DNA of 54,245 nt from Thermoplasmata archaeon (GTDB lineage Archaea > Thermoplasmatota > Thermoplasmata > Lutacidiplasmatales > UBA184), in contig JAKIWD010000002.1 in assembly GCA_022750205.1 (NCBI GenBank), forward strand, positions 1 to 54,245. The letters run 5' to 3'. Of this stretch, positions 8,019 to 17,523 are shown in pieces. A model generated the notes under the pieces. That model was given only the letters and a program-made list of their open reading frames with translations, searched no databases and was not told the origin of the DNA. Made by a program: the position numbers and the translations under genes. Within the stretch, counting starts at the first letter, position 1, and every line of letters starts with the position of its first letter.

Positions 8019-9665
8019 ATGATGGAGGTCACTGCGGGGGACCCTCCGGTGGGTTCGACCCCACCCGTCGCGGCGGAAACCTCGGGCGCGAGGTTCGACC
8101 GGACGATCCAGAGCGTAGGTCGGGGAACCGCGGTGATGGTCGTCGCGACGATTGTCCTCGTCGTAGCCCAATTCCTCACCCGCGTCATCGTGACGCGCAA
8201 CGTGAGCGCCGATCAGTGGGGCGAGTTCAACCTCGGTCTCGCCCTCGCCAACCTGCTCGCGTTGGTGGCGGCGTTCGGGATCCCAACGGCCACCGCCCGT
8301 TCCCTCGCATTCGAAGAGACCTACGAGGCCCGCGTCGCGTTGATCCGCAAGGCGCTCTGGGTCAGCCTGCCGATCGCGGCGGCCTCGTCCATCCTGGTGT
8401 ACCTGTTCGCGGCCCAGCTCGCCTCCCCGTTCCAGGGAGGGAACCTGACGCCGGTCTTCCAGCTCTTCGCCCTGAGCATCAGCTTGACGATGCTCTCGAA
8501 CGTGATCGTCGGGATCTTCCAGGGGCTCGAGCGGGCCGAGCCGAATGCGATCTTCGTTCAGATCCTGAATCCGGTTCTGTTCCTGGTCTTCACCGGCGGT
8601 TTCATCCTCGCGGGCTGGGGGTTCCACGGGGTGATCTGGGGATATGTGCTGAGTTGGGTCGTCGCCTTCGCGGCCCTCGCGGTGTACACCTTCCGGCGCC
8701 TGCCCCTGCTCCTACGACGTCTCTCGGGAAAGGCGTTCACCGGCGACGCCTCGGCCCGGGTGGGGTTCATGGCCCTGACCGTGACCCTGTTCGGGGTCGC
8801 GACGCTCTCGTATCTTACCTCGTACGCCGATACGCTCCTCCTCGGGGTCTTCCGCCCGACCGACATCGTCGGGAACTATTCGTCGGCGATGAACCTGACC
8901 CGGCTGCTCCTCGTGGGCACGGGTACGGTGACGTTCATCTACCTACCGGTGAGCTCCCGGCTCCGGCGGGAGCGCGATTTCGAGGGGTTGAAACAGACCT
9001 ACGTCACCGTCACGCGTTGGATGGCGCTCCTCACCCTCCCGCTGACGTTCCTCTTCGTCTTCGACCCGGCGTACTCGCTCGCGTTCACGTTTGGAGCGAA
9101 CCAGGTCAACGGGGCCGCGGCCCTCCAACTCCTGGTGGTCTCGAACACCATTTCGATCCTGCTCGGCCCTTCGACCGCGACGCTCGGCGGCTTGGGGGAG
9201 GTGCGCACGGTCCTGCGGTACACCGCGTACTCGACGGTCGCCAACTTCGTACTCTGCTTCGCGTTGATCCCGACCTACGGGATGATCGGGGCCGCGATCG
9301 CATGGTCCGTGGCCCGCCTGCTCTTCCCGGGCCTCGCGCTCATCCGGATCTACCGGGTGCACGGGATCAACCCGTTCGCGGCCCACTTCGTCCGACCGCT
9401 CTTGCTCAGCACGGCGATCCTGGTACCGATCTACTACTTCCTGCCCGTCCACCCCTCGATCCTCCTGGTGTTCGGGTTGGTCGCCCTGCCGTTCGTGGTC
9501 TTCGCGGGCGCGATCCTGGTCACCTACAGCGTGGATCGGGGGGACGTCTTCTTCGCCAAGGCGGCGGAGCGGCGCTTCGCCTTCGTCCGCCCTATCCGGC
9601 GACTGCTCGAGTCACGCCTCGCGGTCGAGGGGCAGGCTCCCGTTGTCGGCGGTCCGAGCGGCTAG
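8019..9665 (+). CDS. Wzx/MOP-superfamily oligosaccharide flippase (AglR-like polysaccharide biosynthesis protein)
   Basis: About 12-14 hydrophobic helices across the whole length and typical polysaccharide-transporter organisation. ATGATG at 8019 follows a TTAAATA box (about 7958). The track ORF starts at 7914. Confidence 0.75.
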   Translation: MMEVTAGDPPVGSTPPVAAETSGARFDRTIQSVGRGTAVMVVATIVLVVAQFLTRVIVTRNVSADQWGEFNLGLALANLLALVAAFGIPTATARSLAFEETYEARVALIRKALWVSLPIAAASSILVYLFAAQLASPFQGGNLTPVFQLFALSISLTMLSNVIVGIFQGLERAEPNAIFVQILNPVLFLVFTGGFILAGWGFHGVIWGYVLSWVVAFAALAVYTFRRLPLLLRRLSGKAFTGDASARVGFMALTVTLFGVATLSYLTSYADTLLLGVFRPTDIVGNYSSAMNLTRLLLVGTGTVTFIYLPVSSRLRRERDFEGLKQTYVTVTRWMALLTLPLTFLFVFDPAYSLAFTFGANQVNGAAALQLLVVSNTISILLGPSTATLGGLGEVRTVLRYTAYSTVANFVLCFALIPTYGMIGAAIAWSVARLLFPGLALIRIYRVHGINPFAAHFVRPLLLSTAILVPIYYFLPVHPSILLVFGLVALPFVVFAGAILVTYSVDRGDVFFAKAAERRFAFVRPIRRLLESRLAVEGQAPVVGGPSG

Positions 9666-9689
9666 CGCCGGTCCGCTCGCCCGCTCCGA

Positions 9690-11138
9690 TCAGTCGTAGC
9701 CCCAGCTCTTGAGCCGGGCGTCGACCTGCGCATCCATCCCCTCGGCGCCCGGTACGGGGGTCGCCGCGTGGACGGCCTCGTACTGCAGCAAGCGCCGTCC
9801 GATGTCGAACAGCTCGCGAGAGAGCTTATCCGGGCTATCGAGCGGGGCTGGTTCGATGTTGCCGCCCTTGACGTCCGAGCGGACCAGGGCCACCTCGTTC
9901 CCGCGCTGGACGCGCAGGAGTCGATAGGGGGCCGATCGCGGCGCCTTGACGAGCATCCCGTCGGGGGCCCGGGGTCCCGGACCTTCGTAGAACGACGAAG
10001 CCGGCCCCTTGCGGTCGAGACTGGCTCGCAGGGTGTCGTGCAGGTCGACCGCGGCGCCGTCGGCGGTAAAGGCACACAGCAGGTCGTTCATGTGGCGATG
10101 ATCGACCCATTCGTCCGGAGGGGCCGTGTTGCCGACCGGCTTACCGTCCTGGAACTCCCAGAGGTAGGCCGGGATCTTGACGAGCTCGTCGTAAAGGTAG
10201 AACCCGTGCCCGTAGAATCCGTGCTCCCCGAGGTTCTGCCCGTGGTCGCTCAGGAAGACCAAGGTAGCGTTGTCGAGGATGCCATCGCGCTTGAGCAGGT
10301 CGACCAGGGTGTGGAAGTGCGTGTCGACGGCCGTCAGCGACTCGCGGTAGGCGTCGAAGAACGGTGCCGGGGACGTATGGCCGCCCACGAGGGCGTCGTT
10401 GAACCGAGCGAAGTTGATCGTCGGCAGGTGGCCGGTGGTGGCCCGCGACCCCGAGGCGCCACCGTTCTGACCCACGAGATACGGTTCGTGCGGCTCCGCG
10501 AGGTTGAAGAAGAGATGGAGCGGAACGTTGCGACGGTCCGCGTTCATCGAACGCTGTCGCAGGAACTTACGGAAGGCCCGGAGCAGCATGTCGCCGCTGC
10601 GCATCGCGTTGATCGACTTGTACAATCCGGTCCCGCCCCATCGGGTGGCCGAATCGCGGACCCGGGCGAGCGCGCCCGCGTCGGGGGCCATGCGCGGGGC
10701 GAACGCCTCGTAGAGGCGCCGCTCGTAGCCTCCGAACGTCGCGACCAGCTGGAGGTACCCGGCCATCCCCGCGCGGAATCCGGGATTGTATCGCGTGTAG
10801 CCGGTAGCGGTTCCGAGCGAGGGCGCCACCAGGAAGTTGGCCGAGAACGCGGCCGAAACACCGCCGGCCTTGCCCCACTTGTCGGCCAGGCTTTCCGCGC
10901 GGGGAGAGCGGGGGCCCGCACCCGGGACATGGAAGTGGGTCTCCCACGGCGGCGCTCCGGATAGGAGGCTGACGTGGGACGGGGCGGTCCACGAGGAGCT
11001 CGCGAGCAACCGATCGAATGTCATGGCATCGCGTGAGAACGCGTCGAGGAACGGCATCGAGGGCGCGCCGGGTCGATCGAACGGGCGCTGGTCGCGCCAG
11101 GTGTCCGCGACCACGACCACCAGGTTCCGCGCGGGCAC
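9690..11138 (-). CDS. Soluble sulfatase-fold (alkaline-phosphatase superfamily) enzyme with a Thr/His variant of the sulfatase signature
   Basis: NLVVVVADTWRD (metal ligand), SSSWTAPSHVSLLSG in place of C/S-x-P-S-R-xxx-L-T-G, LVFLSDHGQNLGEHGFYGHG. No signal peptide or TM. GTG start preceded by GAGG. Confidence 0.8.
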   Translation of the reverse strand: MPARNLVVVVADTWRDQRPFDRPGAPSMPFLDAFSRDAMTFDRLLASSSWTAPSHVSLLSGAPPWETHFHVPGAGPRSPRAESLADKWGKAGGVSAAFSANFLVAPSLGTATGYTRYNPGFRAGMAGYLQLVATFGGYERRLYEAFAPRMAPDAGALARVRDSATRWGGTGLYKSINAMRSGDMLLRAFRKFLRQRSMNADRRNVPLHLFFNLAEPHEPYLVGQNGGASGSRATTGHLPTINFARFNDALVGGHTSPAPFFDAYRESLTAVDTHFHTLVDLLKRDGILDNATLVFLSDHGQNLGEHGFYGHGFYLYDELVKIPAYLWEFQDGKPVGNTAPPDEWVDHRHMNDLLCAFTADGAAVDLHDTLRASLDRKGPASSFYEGPGPRAPDGMLVKAPRSAPYRLLRVQRGNEVALVRSDVKGGNIEPAPLDSPDKLSRELFDIGRRLLQYEAVHAATPVPGAEGMDAQVDARLKSWGYD

Positions 11139-11300
11139 GATTTTTCCTCGGTGAAGGCCGCTCGGAACGGCCTAGGATAAGAGTCTTTAGCTTGGTCCGC
11201 CGGCATTTCCCGGTACGCCGACAGAACAGTCCACCGGCGGCCGGCTGACGAAGTGCAGCCGCCAAGCCTTAGTAGGCCCCCCCCTCGGCATCCTCGGTCC

Positions 11301-13787
11301 ATGCCGCAGGAGTCCGTGGGCACGGCTCCGCAAGCCGGGGGACCCGCACCGATCCCGGCTCCGTCGGGGTCGATTCTCTCCCGCATTTACGCCGATTTCA
11401 AGGGTCTGATCCTCCGGATGTTTCCGGCCGAAACCGACGAGCCGCGAACCCGAACCGGGTTCGCGAGCGACTCCCGGCGCGACCCGATCTACCTGCTCGT
11501 CGCGCTCGCGATCGCCGTGGGGTTCGCCGTCCTGTGGCTGTGGATCGTTCGCGTGCAGCCGATCCCACCGGGCGGCGACCCGAGCACCTGGATCATCACC
11601 TCCTACCCGTTCGTCGGCCTCCCCACCACCAGCGGGGTCCAGCCGCTGGCCTACCCGCCCCTCGCGTTCCCGTTCGTCGGACTGTCGGTCCTGATCGGCA
11701 ATGGCCCCCTGCTCGGCGGACGCATTTTCATGGCTTCGTCGATCGTGGCGCTGGGGTACGCGAGCTATCTCCTGAACCGAAGTTTGCTCGAGCGCCCCGG
11801 GCTCGCTCTCCTCGCGCAGGGCCTGCTGCTGGGCGAACCGGACTTTCAGCAGCTCTACTATTTCGGGGGGTACCCGAACATTTTCGCGCTGATCTTCCTG
11901 GTACTGGCCGTCGCGTACCTGGTGCGGTATCTTCGCTCCCGCCAACCGTCGCACCTCTTCCTGTTCTGGGTCGCGACCGCGGCCTGCCTCCTCTCCCATA
12001 GCCTCACCGGGGTCATCCTCGTCGGGATCCTTGCGCTGCTCGCGCTGGGCCTCCTCCTCGTACGCCGGCTCCCTCGCACGATCTTGTGGAGCCGGGCCGG
12101 GCTCGCGGGGGTCGGGGTGTTCGTGGTCGGGGTCGGCGGGTACTATCTGGCCACCTACTTCGCGAACATCGCCCACGCGTCGTACTTCGACTCGACCGCA
12201 TCGGCAACGAAGACGCAACTGCTCCCGACGGTGCTCCGGCCGTTCTACCTCACCTCGCCGTGGCAATGGATCACCCACTCGCCCCAGTTCCTGACCCCGC
12301 ACCAGGCGCTCGCCATCATCGCGCTCGGCACGGCAGTATGCATCGGCGCCGTCCTGCTGCTGCGGTGGCGGCGCCCCGCCTGGCTCACCACTCCGTGGCT
12401 GACGCTCGTCGCATGGTTCCTTGCGATCTTCGCTGGGTCTCTCGCCGCGTACGCCTTCTCGATACCGATCGACTACCGGCGATTCCCGTACTTCCTGTAC
12501 ACGCCGGTGATCCTCGCGGCCCTCTTCCCGTTCGATTGGGCGCTCAGCGAGTGGCTCTCGCGGGATTGGAGCGCCTACCTCATGGCCCGGGCAGCCCGGC
12601 GCCACCGAGCGCCTCCCCCGGTCCGACCGCGCTGGCGGAGCCGGGTCGACCCGACGCTGACCGCGGGTGCCGTCGCCGGTCTGGTGGTCGTCGCCATCCT
12701 CTCCACTTCCCCGTCGGGGGTGAGCTACGAGACCTACTACACCCAGTACGCCCACAACGATGCGTTCCTCTCCGCGGTCAACGCGATCGCCGCCTCGGGC
12801 GTGGTCGGGAACCTGGTCGCGACGACCCCGTTCGTGGCCCACTGGCCCAGCACGATCACCGCGACCCGGACGACCTACGTCCCGGCGCTCGCGAACGGCA
12901 ATGGCTACGTGAGCTCCCACGTCCAGGATGGCGAGGCCACGTCGATCTCGCTGACCGGGCGCTATACGGTCACCAACGCCCTGGTCGGCGCCACGGTCCC
13001 GGGGGTCGCCGCGGGCGACTTCAACAGCACGCCGATCATCGGGGCGTTCGCCGGCAACATCTACCAGCCGCTGTTCCAGATGCCCGCCGCTTCGATCGTC
13101 GTCAACCTGTCCGATGGCTCGGAGTTCCTGGTGGCCCCCGCGACCTCAGCGGCGCCTCCGATCACTCAGATCGACGGAGGGTACGGCTACGAGTTCTCGT
13201 TCCCCGAGCCCGGTTGCCTCGTGGTCGAGAACGTGACCGTGCCGGCCGCCAGCGACCTCGTCCAGATCTCGTTGAGCGCCCGGGCGAACGGCTCGAGCGT
13301 ACTGGTCACCTCCCTGCAGGCGCGATTCTCGACGGTCAATCTGGTCCCCGGCAACGTGACGTTGGGGAGCTCCCCCGGCAGCTTTGCCTGGGCCTCGGCG
13401 ACCCGCAACGGGAACTTCACCACCACCGGAACGGTGGCACCGGCCGTCGCCCTCGGGCGACTCGTGGCGTACAACTCCACGCCGGGGGCGACCACGGCGG
13501 TGTTACTGCGGCTGAATTCGACGCAACCGAACGGATCGGGAGCCTTGGCGATGTCGGTGAACTTGGCCATCCCGGCCGCGTACAACTTGATCTCCTCCAT
13601 CGGACCGTGGCTCGATACCTCGCAGATCTGGACCGGATGGGACATTCGGTTCATCCTGTCCTACAGTCAGGTCGCAGCCTTGCACGTCACGACCAACTAC
13701 ATCCAGAGCGAGTACGACGGCGCGGTCTTGTCGACGAGCGGGCCCTGGACCGTCTACGTTCTCCCGGCCTCGTTCGGCGGCGGGTAG
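11301..13787 (+). CDS. Large polytopic membrane protein (about 11-13 TM) with a ~390-aa extracytoplasmic C-terminal domain; putative GT-C-type (AglS-like) glycosyltransferase, paralog A
   Basis: PIPPGGDPSTW in the first loop; multiple TM helices; DYRRFPYFLY; sequon-rich C-terminal beta-type domain ending GPWTVYVLP. Similar over its full length to 13859..16303. Alternative GTG start at 11253. Confidence 0.7.
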   Translation: MPQESVGTAPQAGGPAPIPAPSGSILSRIYADFKGLILRMFPAETDEPRTRTGFASDSRRDPIYLLVALAIAVGFAVLWLWIVRVQPIPPGGDPSTWIITSYPFVGLPTTSGVQPLAYPPLAFPFVGLSVLIGNGPLLGGRIFMASSIVALGYASYLLNRSLLERPGLALLAQGLLLGEPDFQQLYYFGGYPNIFALIFLVLAVAYLVRYLRSRQPSHLFLFWVATAACLLSHSLTGVILVGILALLALGLLLVRRLPRTILWSRAGLAGVGVFVVGVGGYYLATYFANIAHASYFDSTASATKTQLLPTVLRPFYLTSPWQWITHSPQFLTPHQALAIIALGTAVCIGAVLLLRWRRPAWLTTPWLTLVAWFLAIFAGSLAAYAFSIPIDYRRFPYFLYTPVILAALFPFDWALSEWLSRDWSAYLMARAARRHRAPPPVRPRWRSRVDPTLTAGAVAGLVVVAILSTSPSGVSYETYYTQYAHNDAFLSAVNAIAASGVVGNLVATTPFVAHWPSTITATRTTYVPALANGNGYVSSHVQDGEATSISLTGRYTVTNALVGATVPGVAAGDFNSTPIIGAFAGNIYQPLFQMPAASIVVNLSDGSEFLVAPATSAAPPITQIDGGYGYEFSFPEPGCLVVENVTVPAASDLVQISLSARANGSSVLVTSLQARFSTVNLVPGNVTLGSSPGSFAWASATRNGNFTTTGTVAPAVALGRLVAYNSTPGATTAVLLRLNSTQPNGSGALAMSVNLAIPAAYNLISSIGPWLDTSQIWTGWDIRFILSYSQVAALHVTTNYIQSEYDGAVLSTSGPWTVYVLPASFGGG

Positions 13788-13858
13788 TCACCGCGAAGAG
13801 GTCTCGGTCCCGGGCCAGCGGGCTGGCGTGCGGCCCCCGGCTCCGGGGTGCCCCTCAC

Positions 13859-16303
13859 TCAAGGGAGAAGGAGTACGGTCCACGGGCCATCGGCCGCGAA
13901 CTCGGAGGCTCCGTATTCGGTTTCCAGGTACGAAAGCTCGAGACCGCCGGTGACGGCCGTACCGTTCCAGAGGAGCGCGAAGCGCACATCCCATCCGGCC
14001 CAAAGTTGCGGGGTGGAGTAGTATCCCGCAACTCCGGAGGCCGTGTTGGAGGACGAGGGGGTGTCGGCCGTGAACTCGATGCTGAGGTTCGACCCTCCGC
14101 CGGTCGGAGAGGCTCGGGCGACCAGTTCGATCCCTGTCCCGTTGGTGACCGGCCCGACCACTCCAGGGGCGGCGAGCTGCCCCAGCGTCGCTATGGTGCC
14201 CGATGCCGTGGGGGACGACCACACGAATGCGGAGGCGCCGGAGGCGGTCACCGAACCGGAAGCCGTCGCCGCGGCAGAGAGGTCCAGCGCGATCGAGTCG
14301 ATCTGCTCGGTCCCACTCACCGAGGCCGTGACCCGGACCGAGAGCTGGGAGGTTCCGGGGAGGGCCGTGATGGCCTCGGTAACGGTGACCCCTTCCCCCC
14401 CATAGGTGAGCAGGAGCGAGGAAGCGGACCCCGTGACCGAGGGTCCCGACGCCGAGGAATTCGATGGACCGTAGTGCCAGGTGGAACTGTTGCCGGCATC
14501 CGAAACCGTGACCAAGACCGCCTCGGGACTGACGGCGAATACCGGTTGGAGTATCCCGTCGAGGTAGAAGCCGTACAGAGGGCTGGCGTTGAAGTAGGTG
14601 GGGCTGAGGCCGGGGATCGCCGCCACCACGAGGCCATTCGTTACCGAGTAGCGGTAGTTTGCCGAAAGAGAGGCCAACTCGTCCGCCACCAGATTGTTGG
14701 CCGTGTACGTGTAGCCCGTCGGTGGCCGCACCTCGTACAGGTTGCGTCCGGTGAGGGTCGCGGGCCATCGGTCGACGAGCGGGGTGACGGAGAGGATAGC
14801 TCCGGGTATCCCGGAACGAGAGATCGCCCCCAGCGCGTTGACGAGGTCCGCTCCGTGGGCCACCCGCGAGTTCTGGTCCTCGAAACCGCTCGCCGCGGGT
14901 AGCGTGTAAACTCCTGCCGAAACCAGGAGCAGAAGTATCGCCACGCTGACGATCACCGAGAACCTTGCGTTCCGGCGATCTCGCGCGGGCCACATCCAGA
15001 CGCGTCGGTCGCCCACTTCGGTCGCGGCCCTACCGGTATCCGCATTCGGCGTCGGCCCCCACGCGCGCCACAACCGCGCCAGCGCGATGTCGGCACCGAG
15101 GGCGATGAGCAGCAAGTTGGCCGGGTAGAGGAAGTACGTGAAGCGGCGGTAGTCGGCGGTGAGCGACAAGTACCAGCTCAAGAGGGCCACCCCGAAGACC
15201 GCGAGGAACCAGGAGGAGGTCCCGATCATCCGGTCGCTCACGGCCGCGGAAGAACGCCACCGAAGGAAGGCAAGGGCGGCGACGATCGCGATCGTCAGAC
15301 CCCACAACAGTGCGAGGGCGGCCCCGTACGTGAACGAAAACGCGCCGAGATGGACCAGGAGCGAGATCGGCTCGAGATAGAACGCGTGGAACACCTCCCC
15401 TAGTTGCTGGGTGCTCTGGGTCGGGGTGAGGACGGTCGTGAGAAGGTAGTTCGGGGGGTTCGTGCCGGCGATGGCGCTGCCGAGGTAGTACAGCACGCTC
15501 GAACCTACGGACAGACCACCACCGAGCCAGCCGACCCGGGAGGTCACAAGCTCCCGCGGGAACCGCCGGAATGCGAGAAGGAGGATACCGGCGATGCCGA
15601 GGAGGGCGACCAGGATCACTCCTACGAGGGCATGCGAGAGCACGGCCGCGGTCACCGAACCCCAGAACAGGGCCAAGTGGAGCTCCCGTCGGGAGCGCAG
15701 AAACCGGAGGCCGAACGCGACGGCGAGGAAGAAGAAGACCAGTCCAAACAGGTTGGGGTACGCCCCAAAGTAGTACAGCTGCTGGAAGTCCGGCTGGAGG
15801 AACAGGGCAGCCTCGAAAAACAGCGCAACGAGTCGCCACCGGAACATCGAGCGACCCAACAGGTACGCTGAGAGGCCCAGGGCGACGATCACCGCGCCGA
15901 CGAAGATGCGGGCGCCGAGCAGCGGCCCTCCCGACACGAGGACGGAGAATCCGAGGAACGGGAACGAGAGCGGAGGGTAGCTGAACAGTTGGACCTGGCT
16001 CGGGGCCGCGATCCCGACGTACGGGTACGAGAGCAGGAGCCAGGTCCCCTCGTCGCCCCCGGGAGGTATCGGGGTGCGCGCGGCGAACCATTCGAAGACG
16101 ATCGCGGCCACGAGTGCGATGGCGATGGCGACGACCAACGCCGCGCGATCCGGACCGGGGGAGGATTCGAGGCCGTCCGGACGAACTGGTTGACCGGATC
16201 GCGGGGGCATCCAGCGCTCGGCCCACCGAGCTAGGCCGGCCGGCCATCGTGAACCGCGTGAGGCGCCTTCGGAGGCGCCCGGCGGCGGCGTCTGGTCGTC
16301 CAC
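13859..16303 (-). CDS. Paralog B of the large polytopic membrane protein; putative GT-C-type glycosyltransferase
   Basis: Shares PIPPGGD, SYP[FY]VG, YPPL[AS]FPF, GGPLLG.RIF, QPDFQQLYYFG.YPN, LSH.L.GVILV, DYRRF.YFLY and GPWTV with paralog A. Tail-to-tail with it, 71-nt spacer. Confidence 0.7.
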   Translation of the reverse strand: MDDQTPPPGASEGASRGSRWPAGLARWAERWMPPRSGQPVRPDGLESSPGPDRAALVVAIAIALVAAIVFEWFAARTPIPPGGDEGTWLLLSYPYVGIAAPSQVQLFSYPPLSFPFLGFSVLVSGGPLLGARIFVGAVIVALGLSAYLLGRSMFRWRLVALFFEAALFLQPDFQQLYYFGAYPNLFGLVFFFLAVAFGLRFLRSRRELHLALFWGSVTAAVLSHALVGVILVALLGIAGILLLAFRRFPRELVTSRVGWLGGGLSVGSSVLYYLGSAIAGTNPPNYLLTTVLTPTQSTQQLGEVFHAFYLEPISLLVHLGAFSFTYGAALALLWGLTIAIVAALAFLRWRSSAAVSDRMIGTSSWFLAVFGVALLSWYLSLTADYRRFTYFLYPANLLLIALGADIALARLWRAWGPTPNADTGRAATEVGDRRVWMWPARDRRNARFSVIVSVAILLLLVSAGVYTLPAASGFEDQNSRVAHGADLVNALGAISRSGIPGAILSVTPLVDRWPATLTGRNLYEVRPPTGYTYTANNLVADELASLSANYRYSVTNGLVVAAIPGLSPTYFNASPLYGFYLDGILQPVFAVSPEAVLVTVSDAGNSSTWHYGPSNSSASGPSVTGSASSLLLTYGGEGVTVTEAITALPGTSQLSVRVTASVSGTEQIDSIALDLSAAATASGSVTASGASAFVWSSPTASGTIATLGQLAAPGVVGPVTNGTGIELVARASPTGGGSNLSIEFTADTPSSSNTASGVAGYYSTPQLWAGWDVRFALLWNGTAVTGGLELSYLETEYGASEFAADGPWTVLLLP

Positions 16304-16501
16304 GTTCCCGGTTTCCGGTCCGCAGGCCCCGGCGGAGCCCTCGTCCTTCTGTGGCGGTCCGGGGTATATCTACGTGCGCCGGCAACGGCCGTCACCCGGC
16401 CGGGCGAACGACCCAACAGGACCCAACTGTCTCAATCGGGCGGCATGCGGTCCCTTGCCCGACACCATTATACCCCGCGCGGGGCCGAGGGAGTTCCGAG
16501 C

Positions 16502-17443
16502 ATGGAGTCGAACTTCTCTTCCAAGACCGTCCTCGTCACCGGCGCCGCGGGATTCGTCGGGACCCATCTCTGCAGCCGGCTCTCCGGCGAGGGCGCCAAG
16601 GTCGTCGGCGCGGACAACTTCTCGTTCGCACGACCGGACCGTGCCTCGGGCGACAACCTCGGCTACGAGCTCGCCACGATCGATATCCGCAAGCCGGACG
16701 AGACGAAGGCGCTCCTCGAACGCACCACTCCGGACTTCGTGTTCCATCTCGCCGCGGTCGCCAATCCCCGAACCTGCAAGCAGGACTTCCCGATGGCGTT
16801 CGACGTGAACGTGCTCGGCACTCAGAACGTACTGCGTTTCTCGCCGGCGGCCAGCCGGTTCGTGTTCATGTCGAGCGCGGCGGTCTACGGCGCCGCGGAA
16901 TACCTTCCGATCGACGAGCAGCACCCCCGCCGCGGGTCCGACCCTTACTCGGTGACGAAGATCATCGGCGAGGACCTCGCGACCTCCTACCAGAGAAACT
17001 ACGCCCGCGACATCGTGACGGTTCGCAACTTCAATTCCTACGGGGTCGGACAGACCGGCGATTACATCGTGCCCCAGCTGATCCGCCAGGCGTTGACAGA
17101 AAAGAAGATCGAGATCTGGGACCCGCGGACAGTACGCGACCTGATGTACATCGACAACACGATCGACGCGTTGCTCGCCGTCGCAACGAGCGGACAGAAG
17201 ACCGTGGTCAATATCGGCGCCGGCCGCGGGATCACCGTCGGGGAGCTCGCCGAGGCGATCGCCGGCCGATTCGGAGGGCAGATACCGGTCGTCGACCTGA
17301 AGAAGGCCGTCATCGGGAGCCCCGCGCTGGTCTCCAACAACGAACGGCTCCGCTCGCTATCTTGGTCGGAGCGGGTGGGTTTCGAGGACGGGATCGAGAG
17401 AACGATCGACTGGACACGACGGCAGCTCGCCGCCCCGGCCTAG
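16502..17443 (+). CDS. NAD-dependent sugar-nucleotide epimerase/dehydratase (extended SDR)
   Basis: VLVTGAAGFVGTHL Rossmann motif and catalytic PYSVTK (YxxxK). ATG 16502 (MESNFSSKTVLVTG); the track ORF begins at 16445. Confidence 0.85.
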   Translation: MESNFSSKTVLVTGAAGFVGTHLCSRLSGEGAKVVGADNFSFARPDRASGDNLGYELATIDIRKPDETKALLERTTPDFVFHLAAVANPRTCKQDFPMAFDVNVLGTQNVLRFSPAASRFVFMSSAAVYGAAEYLPIDEQHPRRGSDPYSVTKIIGEDLATSYQRNYARDIVTVRNFNSYGVGQTGDYIVPQLIRQALTEKKIEIWDPRTVRDLMYIDNTIDALLAVATSGQKTVVNIGAGRGITVGELAEAIAGRFGGQIPVVDLKKAVIGSPALVSNNERLRSLSWSERVGFEDGIERTIDWTRRQLAAPA

Positions 17444-17523
17444 CTGGATCCGGACGGCAACTGCCCGGCGCCGTTGCATCGGGGTCCGGGACTGGAGCTT
17501 GCGCTCCGGCGAAGGTGCCGGGA

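Noticed and set aside
12086-14902. 938-aa plus-strand ORF spanning the junction of the two convergent membrane-protein genes
   Set aside because: The translation is R/G/P/D-rich junk. It runs out of frame over one well-supported gene and antisense to another. This is a typical stop-poor shadow ORF of GC-rich DNA.
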